Assembly (NCBI GenBank): GCA_963754655.1
Contig: CAVWGN010000001.1
Span: forward strand, 1,920,001-1,984,000
Length of the DNA: 64,000 nt
Direction of reading: 5' to 3'
Origin: an uncultured Chlamydiae bacterium
GTDB lineage: Bacteria > Chlamydiota > Chlamydiia > Chlamydiales > Parachlamydiaceae
The translations under genes were made by a program, and so were the position numbers. Below the pieces are notes generated by a model. The model made no database searches and had not been told where the DNA came from. It saw only the letters and a list, made by a program, of their open reading frames with translations. This document shows positions 1 to 9,421 of the stretch, one piece after another (position 1 is the stretch's first letter; the number at the start of each line of letters is the position of its first letter).

Positions 1-740
1 TGAGTAAATCCTAAATTAAGCTTTTCTAGCTTTGGAAAAGACTCATCAAGCTTCTGAAAAGCTTCTGCTGTAAGATATGTGCATCCTGCTAAGTTAAGCT
101 CTTTTAAGTTTTTGGGGAGCTTGTCTAGGGATGCTATGTCAGTCGATCCTACATCAAGCTTTTCTAGCTTTGCAAAAGAGGATAAATCTAATTTCTCTAT
201 TGGAGTAGTGCCTGATAAAGTCAGAGATCGAAGATTGGGACAGGCTTGTTGTAATCTTCTAAGTTTTTCATTATCTAAGCTTGTAAAATTGGAGAGATTG
301 AGTGTAGTGATTTCTTCTCCAAATTGCAAGGTAGCCTCAAATCTTTGCTCAGGAGAAGGGTTACTATCTAACAACTCAAAAGCTATTACTTTTCCCATAA
401 TTTGTGAATAGATGTCCATTGAACCCCCTGCCTCAAGCAGCTCAGGGTAGCGAATATCATGTGGAGAAGGATTGTCTAAATACTGCATGATTTGCTTCCA
501 AAGATTTTGATCTTCGGGTTGAATCTTAAGTTGTTGAAGTAAGTTTTTAACTTCCTGTGCAGTTTCTTGTGAAGGCAAAGAAAAGGCTGCTTGTCTTAAA
601 AAATCTTGAATAATAATATTAATTTTTTCTAAATTTTTCGTTTTATCTGAAGAGACCTTCTCACTATTATAAGTGTTGATTAATTCCTTAAAAGAAACTT
701 CGATAAACGAAGGTAAATGGTAAAAATGATTCGGATCCAT
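1..740 (-). CDS. LRR-repeat protein, paralog 1 (runs off left edge of window)
   Basis: ATG at 740 (minus) gives MDPNHFYHLPSFIEVSF..., near-identical to 2281..3582; absent from ORF track because no stop lies in the window. Confidence 0.9.
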   Translation of the reverse strand, partial: MDPNHFYHLPSFIEVSFKELINTYNSEKVSSDKTKNLEKINIIIQDFLRQAAFSLPSQETAQEVKNLLQQLKIQPEDQNLWKQIMQYLDNPSPHDIRYPELLEAGGSMDIYSQIMGKVIAFELLDSNPSPEQRFEATLQFGEEITTLNLSNFTSLDNEKLRRLQQACPNLRSLTLSGTTPIEKLDLSSFAKLEKLDVGSTDIASLDKLPKNLKELNLAGCTYLTAEAFQKLDESFPKLEKLNLGFT

Positions 741-1064
741 ATTTTCTTCTCTCTTTTGATTATGATTAAAAATTTAATACAATAATTAATAAATAATTTA
801 TTATGTTTACAAATGCTATTATACAAACTATTTTAATTTTTAAGCGAGTATTAAAAACAATTTTTATTTAATTGACATTTGTATTAGATTTATTTTCAAC
901 TTGAGATTGATTTAATATCAAATGAATTTAGTAAAAAAATTTGATTTGATATTAAATCTATGGAAACAGTTTTTCCTTCAAAAATATTTAACTAAATCGA
1001 TCATAAAAATGAATGAAAATAAAAAAATCCTGTCTTTTGTTGGCATGAAGATGATCCGAATTGC

Positions 1065-1356
1065 CAGGGTGTTTTTACTAAACATATTTGACACTTGCAG
1101 CCCTTTAGGCTGCATGACACAACCCGCTCATAACCGAGGCGTTGTTCTAGTCTATTGCACTTACAGCCTTTTAGGCTGATAAAGAACCTCAGCTATAATA
1201 TTAGACCACAAGTCTAAAAGTACAATAGGAAATTCCCTGCATTAGCCTGAAGGGCTTTAAGTGCAATAGACCAGGGTAACTCCCTGGTTATAAGTGGTTT
1301 GTGTCATGTAGCCTGAAGAGCTGCAAGTATCAAATATGTTTAGTAAAAACACCCTG
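1065..1356. mobile_element. ~292-bp palindromic MITE/REPIN-like element (family P)
   Basis: Ends CAGGGTGTTTTTACTAAACATATTTGA / TCAAATATGTTTAGTAAAAACACCCTG, long imperfect inverted arms, GAATTGC repeated on both flanks. Confidence 0.8.
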
Positions 1357-1369
1357 ATTGAATTGCTTT

Positions 1370-1862
1370 TTATTGAATTTCTTGAAAGAAATCTTTGATC
1401 TTTGCTTCACATTCTTCTTTTGACATATATCCTACAAGGCGGGAAACAACTTTTCCTTTATACATTAAGATAGTTGTCGGATAGGCTTTGACCTTTAAAA
1501 AGTTGACTAATAACGTCTCTTCATCAGCATCAATTTTAGCAAATTGGCATTCTTTCTTATATTTTTCATGTAATGTTTCAAAAATGGGAGCAAAATATCT
1601 ACAAGGACGACACCAGTCTGCATAGACATCAATAATGAAGACCTTATCTGATTGTTCAACTTCTTCATGAAAATTATTTTTGGTGAATTGAATAATTTCC
1701 AAAGCTTTTTGGAACTATCTCTTTCTCTTAAACTTTCATAGCCAATTTGAAGATGACCCTGAAATTTGACCTCAGACACTTTAACGCTTTTTTGAACGAT
1801 AGAATTTAATAAATCATCCATGACTTGCACATTCCGCTTTGGTAATGGAAAAAGAGTGCTTC
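1370..1862 (-). pseudogene. 5'-truncated, frameshifted copy of thioredoxin-domain gene 5215..6063
   Basis: Split ORFs 1370..1702 and 1507..1830 match the C-terminal half of the intact copy (WCRPC). Confidence 0.85.
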
Positions 1863-1974
1863 ATATCCTTTATTTTTCACAATAATCAAAGCCTAAAGTA
1901 GTATTATTTATTTGAATATTAAAAAGATAATGATAAAATATTTATGTGATTAGAATTGCTATTTTTTGTACAAA

Positions 1975-2320
1975 ATTAACACCCTAAACCCACGGTAAAG
2001 CTTCGATTAAATTTTTAAATCATTTAAAATAATCTTGAATCCGTTTTCAGACCTATCAGCATAGGATTTGTTAAAAGATTGCTTAAGTTATCCCATTTAT
2101 CTGCTAATTTAATTTGAGCAGCTTCTGCTGATTTATAAGGAGCTGTCATAATTTGGAGCTTTTTGCGCTCCTCTTTAGGAAGAGTTTTATCATCTGTCAC
2201 TTCTTGTACAAAAGCAGTTATTCGCTCTCCGAATAAATCTAGAAGTTCTTGATAAGAAGTTTTCAGTATCTTCCAATGTATCATGGAGTAAACCTGCGAT
2301 AATGATAGAGGGATCTCTCT
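1975..2320 (-). pseudogene. Mesh1/SpoT-type HD-domain (p)ppGpp hydrolase remnant
   Basis: Across frames: RDPSIIIAGLLHDTLEDT / KTSYQELLDLFGERITAFVQEVTDDKTLPKEERK...IKLADKWDNL / RIQDYFK; frameshifted and 5' end missing. Confidence 0.8.
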
Positions 2321-3582
2321 AGCTTTGAAAAGGACTCATCAAGCTTTTGAAAGGATTCTGCTGTAAGAAGCCGGCATCTCTCTAAGTCAAGCTCTTTTAA
2401 GTTTTTGGGGAGCTTGTCTAGGGAGGCTATGTCAGTAAATCCTAAATTAAGCTTTTCTAGCTTTGAAAAGGACTCATCAAGCTTTTGAAAGGATTCTGCT
2501 GTAAGATAATTGCAATAGCTTAAGTCAAGCTCTTTTAAGTTTTTGGGGAGCTTGTCTAGAGAGGCTATGTTAGTCGATTTTACATTAAGCTTTTCTAGCT
2601 TTGAAAAGGACTCATCAAGCTTTTGAAAGGCTTCTGCCGTAAGAGACCTGCATCCTTCTAAGTTAAGCTCTTTTAAGTTTTTGGGGAGCTTGTCTAGGGA
2701 GGCTATGTCAGTCGATCCTACATTAAGCTTTTCTAGCTTTGAAAAGGACTCATCAAGCTTTTGAAAGGACTCTGCTGTAAGAAGCCGGCATCTCTCTAAG
2801 TCAAGCTCTTTTAAGCTTTTGGGGAGCTTGTCTAGGGCTATGTCAGTCCCTCTTACATTAAGCTTTTCTAGCTTTGAAAAAGACTCATCAAGCTTTTGAA
2901 AGGATTCTGCTGTAAGAGAATGGCATGCCGTTAAGTTAAGTTCTTTTAAGTTTTTGGGGAGCTTTTCTAGGGAGGTTATGTCAGTCGATTCTACACTAAG
3001 CTTTTCTAGGTTTGAAAAAGATGATAAATCTAATTTCTCTATTGGAGTAGTGCCTGATAAAGTCAGAGATCGAAGATTGGGACAGGCTTGTTGTAATCTT
3101 CTGAGTTTTTCATTATCTAAGCTTGTAAAATCAGGAAGATCGAGTGTATTGATTTCTTCTCCAAATTGCAGGGCAGCCTCAAATGTTTGCTCAGGAGAAG
3201 GGTTACTATCTAACAACTCAAAAGCTATTACTTTTCCCATCATTTGCGAATAGATGTCCATTGAACCCGCTGCCTCAAGCAACTCAGGATAGCGAATATC
3301 ATGTGGAGAAGGATTGTCTAAATACTGCATGATTTGATTCCAAAGATTTTGATCTTCGGGTTGAATCTTAAGTTGTTGAAGTAAGTTTTTAACTTCCTGT
3401 GCAGTTTCTTGTGAAGGCAAAGAAAAGGCTGCTTGTCTTAAAAAATCTTGAATAATAAGATTAATTTTTTCTAAATTTTTCGTTTTATCTGAAGAAACCT
3501 TCTCACTATTATAAGTGTTGATTAATTCCTTAAAAGAAACTTCGATAGACGAAGGTAAATGGTAAGAATGAGTCGGATCCAT
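2281..3582 (-). CDS. LRR-repeat protein, paralog 2 (3' end fused into HD pseudogene)
   Basis: 433 aa; tandem 46-aa (138-bp) two-LRR units such as LEKLNVxxTDIASLDKLPKNLKELxLxxCxxLTAESFQKLDESFSK. Confidence 0.9.
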   Translation of the reverse strand: MDPTHSYHLPSSIEVSFKELINTYNSEKVSSDKTKNLEKINLIIQDFLRQAAFSLPSQETAQEVKNLLQQLKIQPEDQNLWNQIMQYLDNPSPHDIRYPELLEAAGSMDIYSQMMGKVIAFELLDSNPSPEQTFEAALQFGEEINTLDLPDFTSLDNEKLRRLQQACPNLRSLTLSGTTPIEKLDLSSFSNLEKLSVESTDITSLEKLPKNLKELNLTACHSLTAESFQKLDESFSKLEKLNVRGTDIALDKLPKSLKELDLERCRLLTAESFQKLDESFSKLEKLNVGSTDIASLDKLPKNLKELNLEGCRSLTAEAFQKLDESFSKLEKLNVKSTNIASLDKLPKNLKELDLSYCNYLTAESFQKLDESFSKLEKLNLGFTDIASLDKLPKNLKELDLERCRLLTAESFQKLDESFSKLERSLYHYRRFTP

Positions 3583-3991
3583 ATTTTCTTCTTCCTTTTG
3601 ATTATGATTAAAAATTTAATACAATAATTAATAAATAATTTATTATGTTTACAAATGATATTATACAAACTATTTTAATTTTTAAGCGAGTATTAAAAAC
3701 ACTTTTTATTTAATTGACATTTGTATTAGATTTATTTTCAACTTGAGATTGATTTAATATCAAATGAATTTAGTAAAAAAATTTGATTTGATATTAAATC
3801 TATAGAAACAGTTTTTCCTTCAAAAAAATTTATCTAAATCGATCATAAAAATGAATAAAAACAAAAAATCCTGTCTTTTGTTGGCATGAAGATGATCCGA
3901 ATTGCCAGGGTGTTTTTACTAAACATATTTGACACTTGCAGCCCTTTAGGCTGCATGACACAACCCGCTCATAACCGAGGCGTTGTTCTAG

Positions 3992-4149
3992 TACTCCACC
4001 ACATTAGTTTTGTGTGTTTAGATTGCTTGAAAGCTCCCGCGGTTGAATTGACGTAAGTGGGTCAATATTAGCAATATGGACCCACTTACGCCAATTCAAC
4101 CCCGGGGCTTTGAAGCAATCTAAACACACAAAACTAATGTGGTGGAGTA
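3992..4149. mobile_element. 158-bp palindromic MITE (family A), flanked by CTAG
   Basis: CTAG-TACTCCACCACATTAGTTTTG...CAAAACTAATGTGGTGGAGTA-CTAG; empty single CTAG at 1147-1150. Confidence 0.9.
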
Positions 4150-4153
4150 CTAG

Positions 4154-4990
4154 GGAGCGTACCTAAAAGATTTAAAATAATAACTCTTATGATTTATAAT
4201 TTTCTGTGATAAAACAAGGGGGAAATTTGAATGAGTAGGATAGTATTAACTAATGAAAGATGGATAAAAATAAAACCTTTATTGCCAAAAGAACGAGGAT
4301 ATTGGGGCAGACCAAGTCGGCCTCATCGTAAGATTTTAGAAGGCATTATTTGGATTTTAAGAACAGGAGCCGCTTGGAGGGATCTACCACCCAAGTATGG
4401 TCCTTGGAGCACATGTTATAATCGCTTTAATCATGGACAAAGGCTGGAATCTGGCAAACGATTTGGCAAGCTTTAAAAGATGAAATTGACGAAGAAAATT
4501 ACTCTGTAGACAGCTCAATTGTTGAAGCGCATCAAGATGCTTGTAGGATAAAAAAAAAGCCGAAGAAGCCATGGGAAAATCAAGGGCCGGAACAACCACA
4601 AAAATTCATGCAGTAACAGATGGATTAGGTCGTTGTATTGATTTTATCTTGACAGAAGGCCAAGTACACGAGAGCACTCAAATGAAGCTTTTACTCAGTG
4701 GAAAAAATCCACAAAATGTTATAGCTGATAAAGCTTACGACTCAAATGAAATCAGAAATTTTATAGAAAAGATGGGAAGTCAAGCAGTCATACCCAGCAA
4801 AGTATCAAGAGCTGAACTAATTGAACATGATAAACATATCTACAGAGAGCGTTGCTTGGTAGAAAATTTTTTTCAGTTTATAAAACGATTTAGGCGTATT
4901 GGAATAAGATACGAAATGAAAGCTCAAAATTATGCAGGAATGTTGACGATCGCTTGTATTATACAATGGTTAATCTTTTAGGTACGCTCC
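4154..4990 (+). mobile_element. IS5-family (IS427-like) insertion sequence, 837 bp
   Basis: 19-bp perfect TIR GGAGCGTACCTAAAAGATT, CTAG on both sides, transposase motifs WILRTGAAWRDLP, TKIHAVTD, IADKAYD, VENFF. Confidence 0.95.
4231..4981 (+). pseudogene. IS5 transposase orfA/orfB; -1 slippery A9G at 4550-4559 plus an extra 1-nt frameshift near 4432
   Basis: Conserved WTKAGIWQ...DSSIVEAHQ is out of frame with the orfA start. Confidence 0.75.
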
Positions 4991-5214
4991 CTAGTCTATT
5001 GCACTTACAGCCTTTCAGGCTGATAAAGAACCTCAGCTATAATATTAGACCACAAGTCTAAAAGTACAATAAGAAATTCCCTGCATTAGCCTGAAGGGCT
5101 TTAAGTGCAATAGACCAGGGCAACGCCCTGGGTATAAGTGGTTTGTGTCATACAGCCTGAAGGGCTGCAAGTGTCAAATATGTTTAGTAAAAACACCCTG
5201 ATTGAATTGCTTTT

Positions 5215-6063
5215 TTATTGAATTTCTTGAAAGAAATCTTTGATCTTTGCTTCACATTCTTCTTTTGACATATATCCTACAAGGCGGGAAACAACCTTTC
5301 CTTTATACATTAAGATAGTTGTCGGATAGGCTTTGACCTTTAAAAAGTTGACTAATAACGTCTCTTCATCAGCATCAATTTTAGCAAATTGGCATTCTTT
5401 CTTATATTTTTCATGTAATGTTTCAAAAATGGGAGCAAAATATCTACAAGGACGACACCAGTCTGCATAGACATCAATAATGAAGGCCTTGTCTGATTGT
5501 TCAACTTCTTCATGAAAATTATTTTTGGTTAATTGAAGAATTTCCAAAGCCTTGTTGGAACTCTCTCTTGAACTTTCATCGCCAATTTGAAGTTGATCCT
5601 GAGATTTGACCTCAGATACTTCAACGCTTTGTTGAATGATAGAATCCAATAAATCATCCATGACTTGCACATTCGCTTTGGTAATGGAAAAAGAGTGATC
5701 CATATACTTAATAAAAGCCTCATTTTCAAAGATTTGACGCAGCTGATGAATTTCTTCATCAGAGAAGGTGCCATAAGGTTGCATCAATTGTTGGCGCGCC
5801 TCTTTTGTGTGAATCGCCTGTCGTAAGCGTTTAACAACGAGCTCTAATGGTAATTTTTTTTGACTTTTATCAATTGCCTGTGCCGTATACATGGCTGCAA
5901 ACTTATCAAATGTCTGTTCTCTAAGAAAGCTTTGATCTAATATCATATTTAAATCTGCGTCGCGCGTTGTCGAAATTTTTGGTTTTTCAGCCTCTCGACC
6001 ATCTAAACCAATGTTCACTATTAAACTAAAACAAACCGCTAAAACATAGAAGCTGAATTTCAT
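5215..6063 (-). CDS. Exported thioredoxin-domain protein
   Basis: Signal-peptide-like N-terminus, helical N-domain, C-terminal Trx fold with WCRPC. Confidence 0.85.
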   Translation of the reverse strand: MKFSFYVLAVCFSLIVNIGLDGREAEKPKISTTRDADLNMILDQSFLREQTFDKFAAMYTAQAIDKSQKKLPLELVVKRLRQAIHTKEARQQLMQPYGTFSDEEIHQLRQIFENEAFIKYMDHSFSITKANVQVMDDLLDSIIQQSVEVSEVKSQDQLQIGDESSRESSNKALEILQLTKNNFHEEVEQSDKAFIIDVYADWCRPCRYFAPIFETLHEKYKKECQFAKIDADEETLLVNFLKVKAYPTTILMYKGKVVSRLVGYMSKEECEAKIKDFFQEIQ

Positions 6064-6265
6064 AAATCTTCCCCGTAATAATTAATAAAGTGAAAAGCCA
6101 TAATAAATTATGAAATATTTTAATATTTCTTTGCAACTTAAATGAATTTTTTAATTATTGCGAAAGAGCTATGAAATAATTTTAAATGAATTAGCATTTC
6201 AATTATAATCATCATAAAGTGAACGCAGGATTTAATTGTAAAACTTATTTAACTTTCTAGGATCG

Positions 6266-7351
6266 ATGAATACATTAAAGATTAAGCAACTTTATCTTAT
6301 GATCTTCTGTCTGTTTTTATTATCTGTTTTAGAGCTTCATTTCATCTCGTTGAGCGGAGCTCTTTTTGCTGCAGTTCTCCCTCCACACGTAGGTGAAAAT
6401 GGATCGACTGCGCCAAAGCTTTTATCAGTTTCACGCATTTGGGATCAGGCAGCGCACAATGCTTTTACAGATTTGATTGAGTATCAAGGCTCTTTCTTTT
6501 TGACCTTTCGTGAATCAAATGAACACGCAGAGGGTGAAGATGGTTCGATCCGCATTTTAACGAGCGAGGATGGAAAGACTTGGCGGCCAATCGCTTTTTT
6601 AAGCAAGGAAGGATTTGATTTGCGCGATCCTAAATTTTCCGTTATGCCGGATGGTCGATTAATGTTGACTTTAGGTGGATCGATTTATCGCCAAGAAGAA
6701 TACGTGACAACCCATCCTTTGGTTGCTTTCTCTCATAATGGAGTGGATTGGTCTGACATTGATCTTATCCAAATGCCTGGAAATTGGATTTGGAAAATGG
6801 CCTGGCATATAGGCATCGGCTATGGAGTCTCTTATCACCCTAAAGATCCCTTAAATATTAAAACTCCTTGGATCATTACTCTTCTTCAAACCAAGGATGG
6901 TCTCCACTATTCGCCTATAACGGATCTAGATGTTCCTAATCATCCAAGTGAAGTCACATTGCGCTTCTTACCTGATGGGACTATGATTGCCTTAGTGCGA
7001 CGCCAAGGAAATGGATGGATTGGCTCTTCGATGCCCCCTTATACAACATGGAAATGGTCCGATTCTGGTTCACGCCTTGGGGGCCCTGATTTTCTCATTC
7101 TATCTAATGGTGACATGTGGGCATCCTCTCGTCTCATTACTAAAGAAGCCGACAAAACACTGACTTATACTGCTTTAGGGCGAATGACATTGAGCTCTTA
7201 TCAACCAGAACTCGTATTGCCTAGTGGAGGAGACACAAGTTATCCAGGTATGGTTTACCGCCATGGCATTCTTTATCTTAGCTATTATTCTTCGCACGAG
7301 GGGAAAACAAGCATCTATTTTGCCCAAATTCAGTTAGCGAATATTCCATGA
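6266..7351 (+). CDS. Secreted sialidase-like/BNR beta-propeller protein
   Basis: HNAFTDL..FRE, Asp-box SEDGKTW, DLRDPK, GGDTSYPG motifs. Confidence 0.7.
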   Translation: MNTLKIKQLYLMIFCLFLLSVLELHFISLSGALFAAVLPPHVGENGSTAPKLLSVSRIWDQAAHNAFTDLIEYQGSFFLTFRESNEHAEGEDGSIRILTSEDGKTWRPIAFLSKEGFDLRDPKFSVMPDGRLMLTLGGSIYRQEEYVTTHPLVAFSHNGVDWSDIDLIQMPGNWIWKMAWHIGIGYGVSYHPKDPLNIKTPWIITLLQTKDGLHYSPITDLDVPNHPSEVTLRFLPDGTMIALVRRQGNGWIGSSMPPYTTWKWSDSGSRLGGPDFLILSNGDMWASSRLITKEADKTLTYTALGRMTLSSYQPELVLPSGGDTSYPGMVYRHGILYLSYYSSHEGKTSIYFAQIQLANIP

Positions 7352-7554
7352 CTAAGGGACCTTGGCAGAATCCGGAATCGCGCTTGACAATCTATCCGGA
7401 TTTGATGCCATGCAAGCCAATCACATAAACTTAAGAACTGTTATCCTAAAAGAAGCATATAGGCTCTTTCACGGTGATGGCTAGCACACCCCTATCATAA
7501 GTCTCAAAGACTACAACTATACAACCGTGACAAGAAAGCCCGGAGGGACATACG

Positions 7555-7618
7555 CATTAAGCTAAGAGATGAGCTTAGGCTAAGCGACGCGACGCATCAG
7601 TAGCTGCGCCGCTTCTTA
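7555..7618. repeat. Degenerate repeat module shared with family A cargo
   Basis: TAAGAGATGAGCTTAGGCTAAGCG resembles 21786-21810, 36213-36240 and 60177-60200. Confidence 0.55.
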
Positions 7619-7655
7619 CTCGGGCTGGGATGAGAAAAAAAATATTTAACAACTG

Positions 7656-8795
7656 TCAAACTTCAAGACTTTTTAGCCTCAAAGAAGCAAGCGTTTGCAA
7701 CAAGGATAATGATGTCAAGTCCAGGTCCTGGCAGATCTTTAATTTAAGCTCTTTTACGCTTTTAGGGAGCATGTCTAGGGATGCTATATGAGTCAATCCT
7801 ACATTAAGCTTTTCTAGCTTTAAAAAAGAACCAAGCATTTGAAAGGATTCTGCTGTAAGAGCCGCGCATCCTTCTAAGTCAAGCTCTTTTAAGCTTTTGG
7901 GGAGCTTGTCTAGGGAGACTATCTTATTAAATTTCACAACAAGTTTTTCTAGCCTTGAAAAAGACTCATCAAGCTTTTGAAATGATTCTGCCGTAAGAGA
8001 ATAGCAATACGTTAAGTCAAGCTCTTTTAAGCTTTTGGGGAGCTTGTCTAGAGAGGCTATGTTAGTCAATCCTACATTAAGCTTTTCTAGCCTTGAAAAA
8101 GACTCATCAAGTTTTTGAAAGGATTCTGCTGTAAGAGAATGGCAATTCCATAAGTTAAGCTCTTTTAAGCTTTTGGGGAGCATATCTAGGGAGTCTATAT
8201 TAGCCGATTTTAAAGTAAGATTTTCTAGCTGTGAAAAAGAAGATAAATCTAATTCCTTTGAAGTGCTTGATAGAGTCAAGGATCGAAGATTGGGACATGC
8301 ATGTTGTAATCTTCTGAGTTGTTCATTATCTAATATTGTAAAAGTGGAGAGATCGAGTGTAGTGATTTCTTCTCTAAATTGCAGGGCAGCCTCAAATCTT
8401 TGCCCAGGAGTTGGGTTACTATCTAACAAGTGAAAAGCTAATAATTTTCCCATAATTTGTGAATAGGTCTCCATTGAATCTGCTGCCTTAAGCAGCTCAG
8501 GGTAGCGAATATAATGTGGAGAAGGATTGTCTAGGTACTGCATGATTTGATTCCAAAGATTTTGATCTTCTGGTTGAATCTTAAGTTGTTGAAGTAAGTT
8601 TTTAACTGCCTGTGCATTTTCTTCTGATTGCAAAAAAAAGGCTGCGTCTCTTAAAAAATCTTGAGTAATAAGATTAATTTTTTCTAAATTTTTCGTTTTA
8701 TCTGAAGGGACTTTCTCACTATTATAAGTGTTGATTAATTCCTGCAAATAAACATCCTTAGATGAATGTAAATGATAAGAATGACTCGAATCCAT
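7656..8795 (-). CDS. LRR-repeat protein, paralog 3
   Basis: 379 aa, same N-domain and 46-aa LRR units, intact distinct C-terminal cap. Confidence 0.9.
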   Translation of the reverse strand: MDSSHSYHLHSSKDVYLQELINTYNSEKVPSDKTKNLEKINLITQDFLRDAAFFLQSEENAQAVKNLLQQLKIQPEDQNLWNQIMQYLDNPSPHYIRYPELLKAADSMETYSQIMGKLLAFHLLDSNPTPGQRFEAALQFREEITTLDLSTFTILDNEQLRRLQHACPNLRSLTLSSTSKELDLSSFSQLENLTLKSANIDSLDMLPKSLKELNLWNCHSLTAESFQKLDESFSRLEKLNVGLTNIASLDKLPKSLKELDLTYCYSLTAESFQKLDESFSRLEKLVVKFNKIVSLDKLPKSLKELDLEGCAALTAESFQMLGSFLKLEKLNVGLTHIASLDMLPKSVKELKLKICQDLDLTSLSLLQTLASLRLKSLEV

Positions 8796-9175
8796 ATTTT
8801 CTTTCCCCCTTTTTAGTTTTACTATGCACTAAAACCTGTCAGTAATTGAAATCCTATAAAGCAATACGCTGAGTATAATTCATCATACGTTCTACAATGA
8901 AGCCATATAAAATTTTGATTATAATACAAAATTTAATGTGATAATAAATAAAATAAATCTATAACATCTATAAAATTAATTATATAAATTATTTTATTTT
9001 AAATATATTAAATAACTATTTATTTAATGTGATTCATATTTATATTACATCTATTTTCACTCTACAGACAAGGTGTTTACTAAAAAGTTTATTATCTAAA
9101 TCGATAGGAAAATGAATTAAAAACAAAAAAAAATTTTCCTGTCTCTTATTAGCATTAAGATTATCAAATTGTGTT

Positions 9176-9215
9176 TTATTGAATTTCTTAAAAGAAATCT
9201 TTGATCTTTGCTTCA
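9176..9215 (-). pseudogene. 3'-terminal remnant of the thioredoxin gene
   Basis: TTATTGAATTTCTTAAAAGAAATCTTTGATCTTTGCTTCA matches 1370-1409 and 5215-5254. Confidence 0.7.
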
Positions 9216-9221
9216 AGTTCT

Positions 9222-9335
9222 ATGTGAGGGATTGTGAACCTACCGTTCGGTCGCACTCCAAGGCTCTGTCACGGTGAGGTTATGACCCTCCTCGCGAAGC
9301 GGCGCGGCGATTTTAAATGCGTCGCTTAGCTTGCT
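9222..9335. repeat. Degenerate repeat module related to the 21845-21900 cargo
   Basis: ACCGTTCGGTCGC..GGCTCTGTCACGGTG and GCGAAGCGGCGCGGCGA motifs. Confidence 0.55.
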
Positions 9336-9421
9336 TTCTCTTTTAAATTGATAGATGCATTAGGGTGGCTAAGCAGCAAAATCTTTGACTTCGCTGGCGT
9401 AGGATAAGTGAATGAGTTAGC

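Larger units (their letters stand above)
3906..5200. mobile_element. Second copy of palindromic element P, interrupted by a family A MITE and an IS5 at its internal CTAG
   Basis: 3906-3991 and 4991-5200 align to 1065-1150 and 1147-1356. Confidence 0.85.

Noticed and set aside
922..1179. 85-aa ORF
   Set aside because: Runs through AT-rich upstream DNA into element P and is disrupted in the duplicate copy
2320..3010. Regular repeats with variable patches as a possible CRISPR array or DGR
   Set aside because: Repeats are in-frame LRR coding units; no cas or reverse transcriptase gene and no separate template repeat in the window
7360..7412. Short imperfect palindrome after the sialidase-like gene
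   Set aside because: Too degenerate to classify as terminator or repeat
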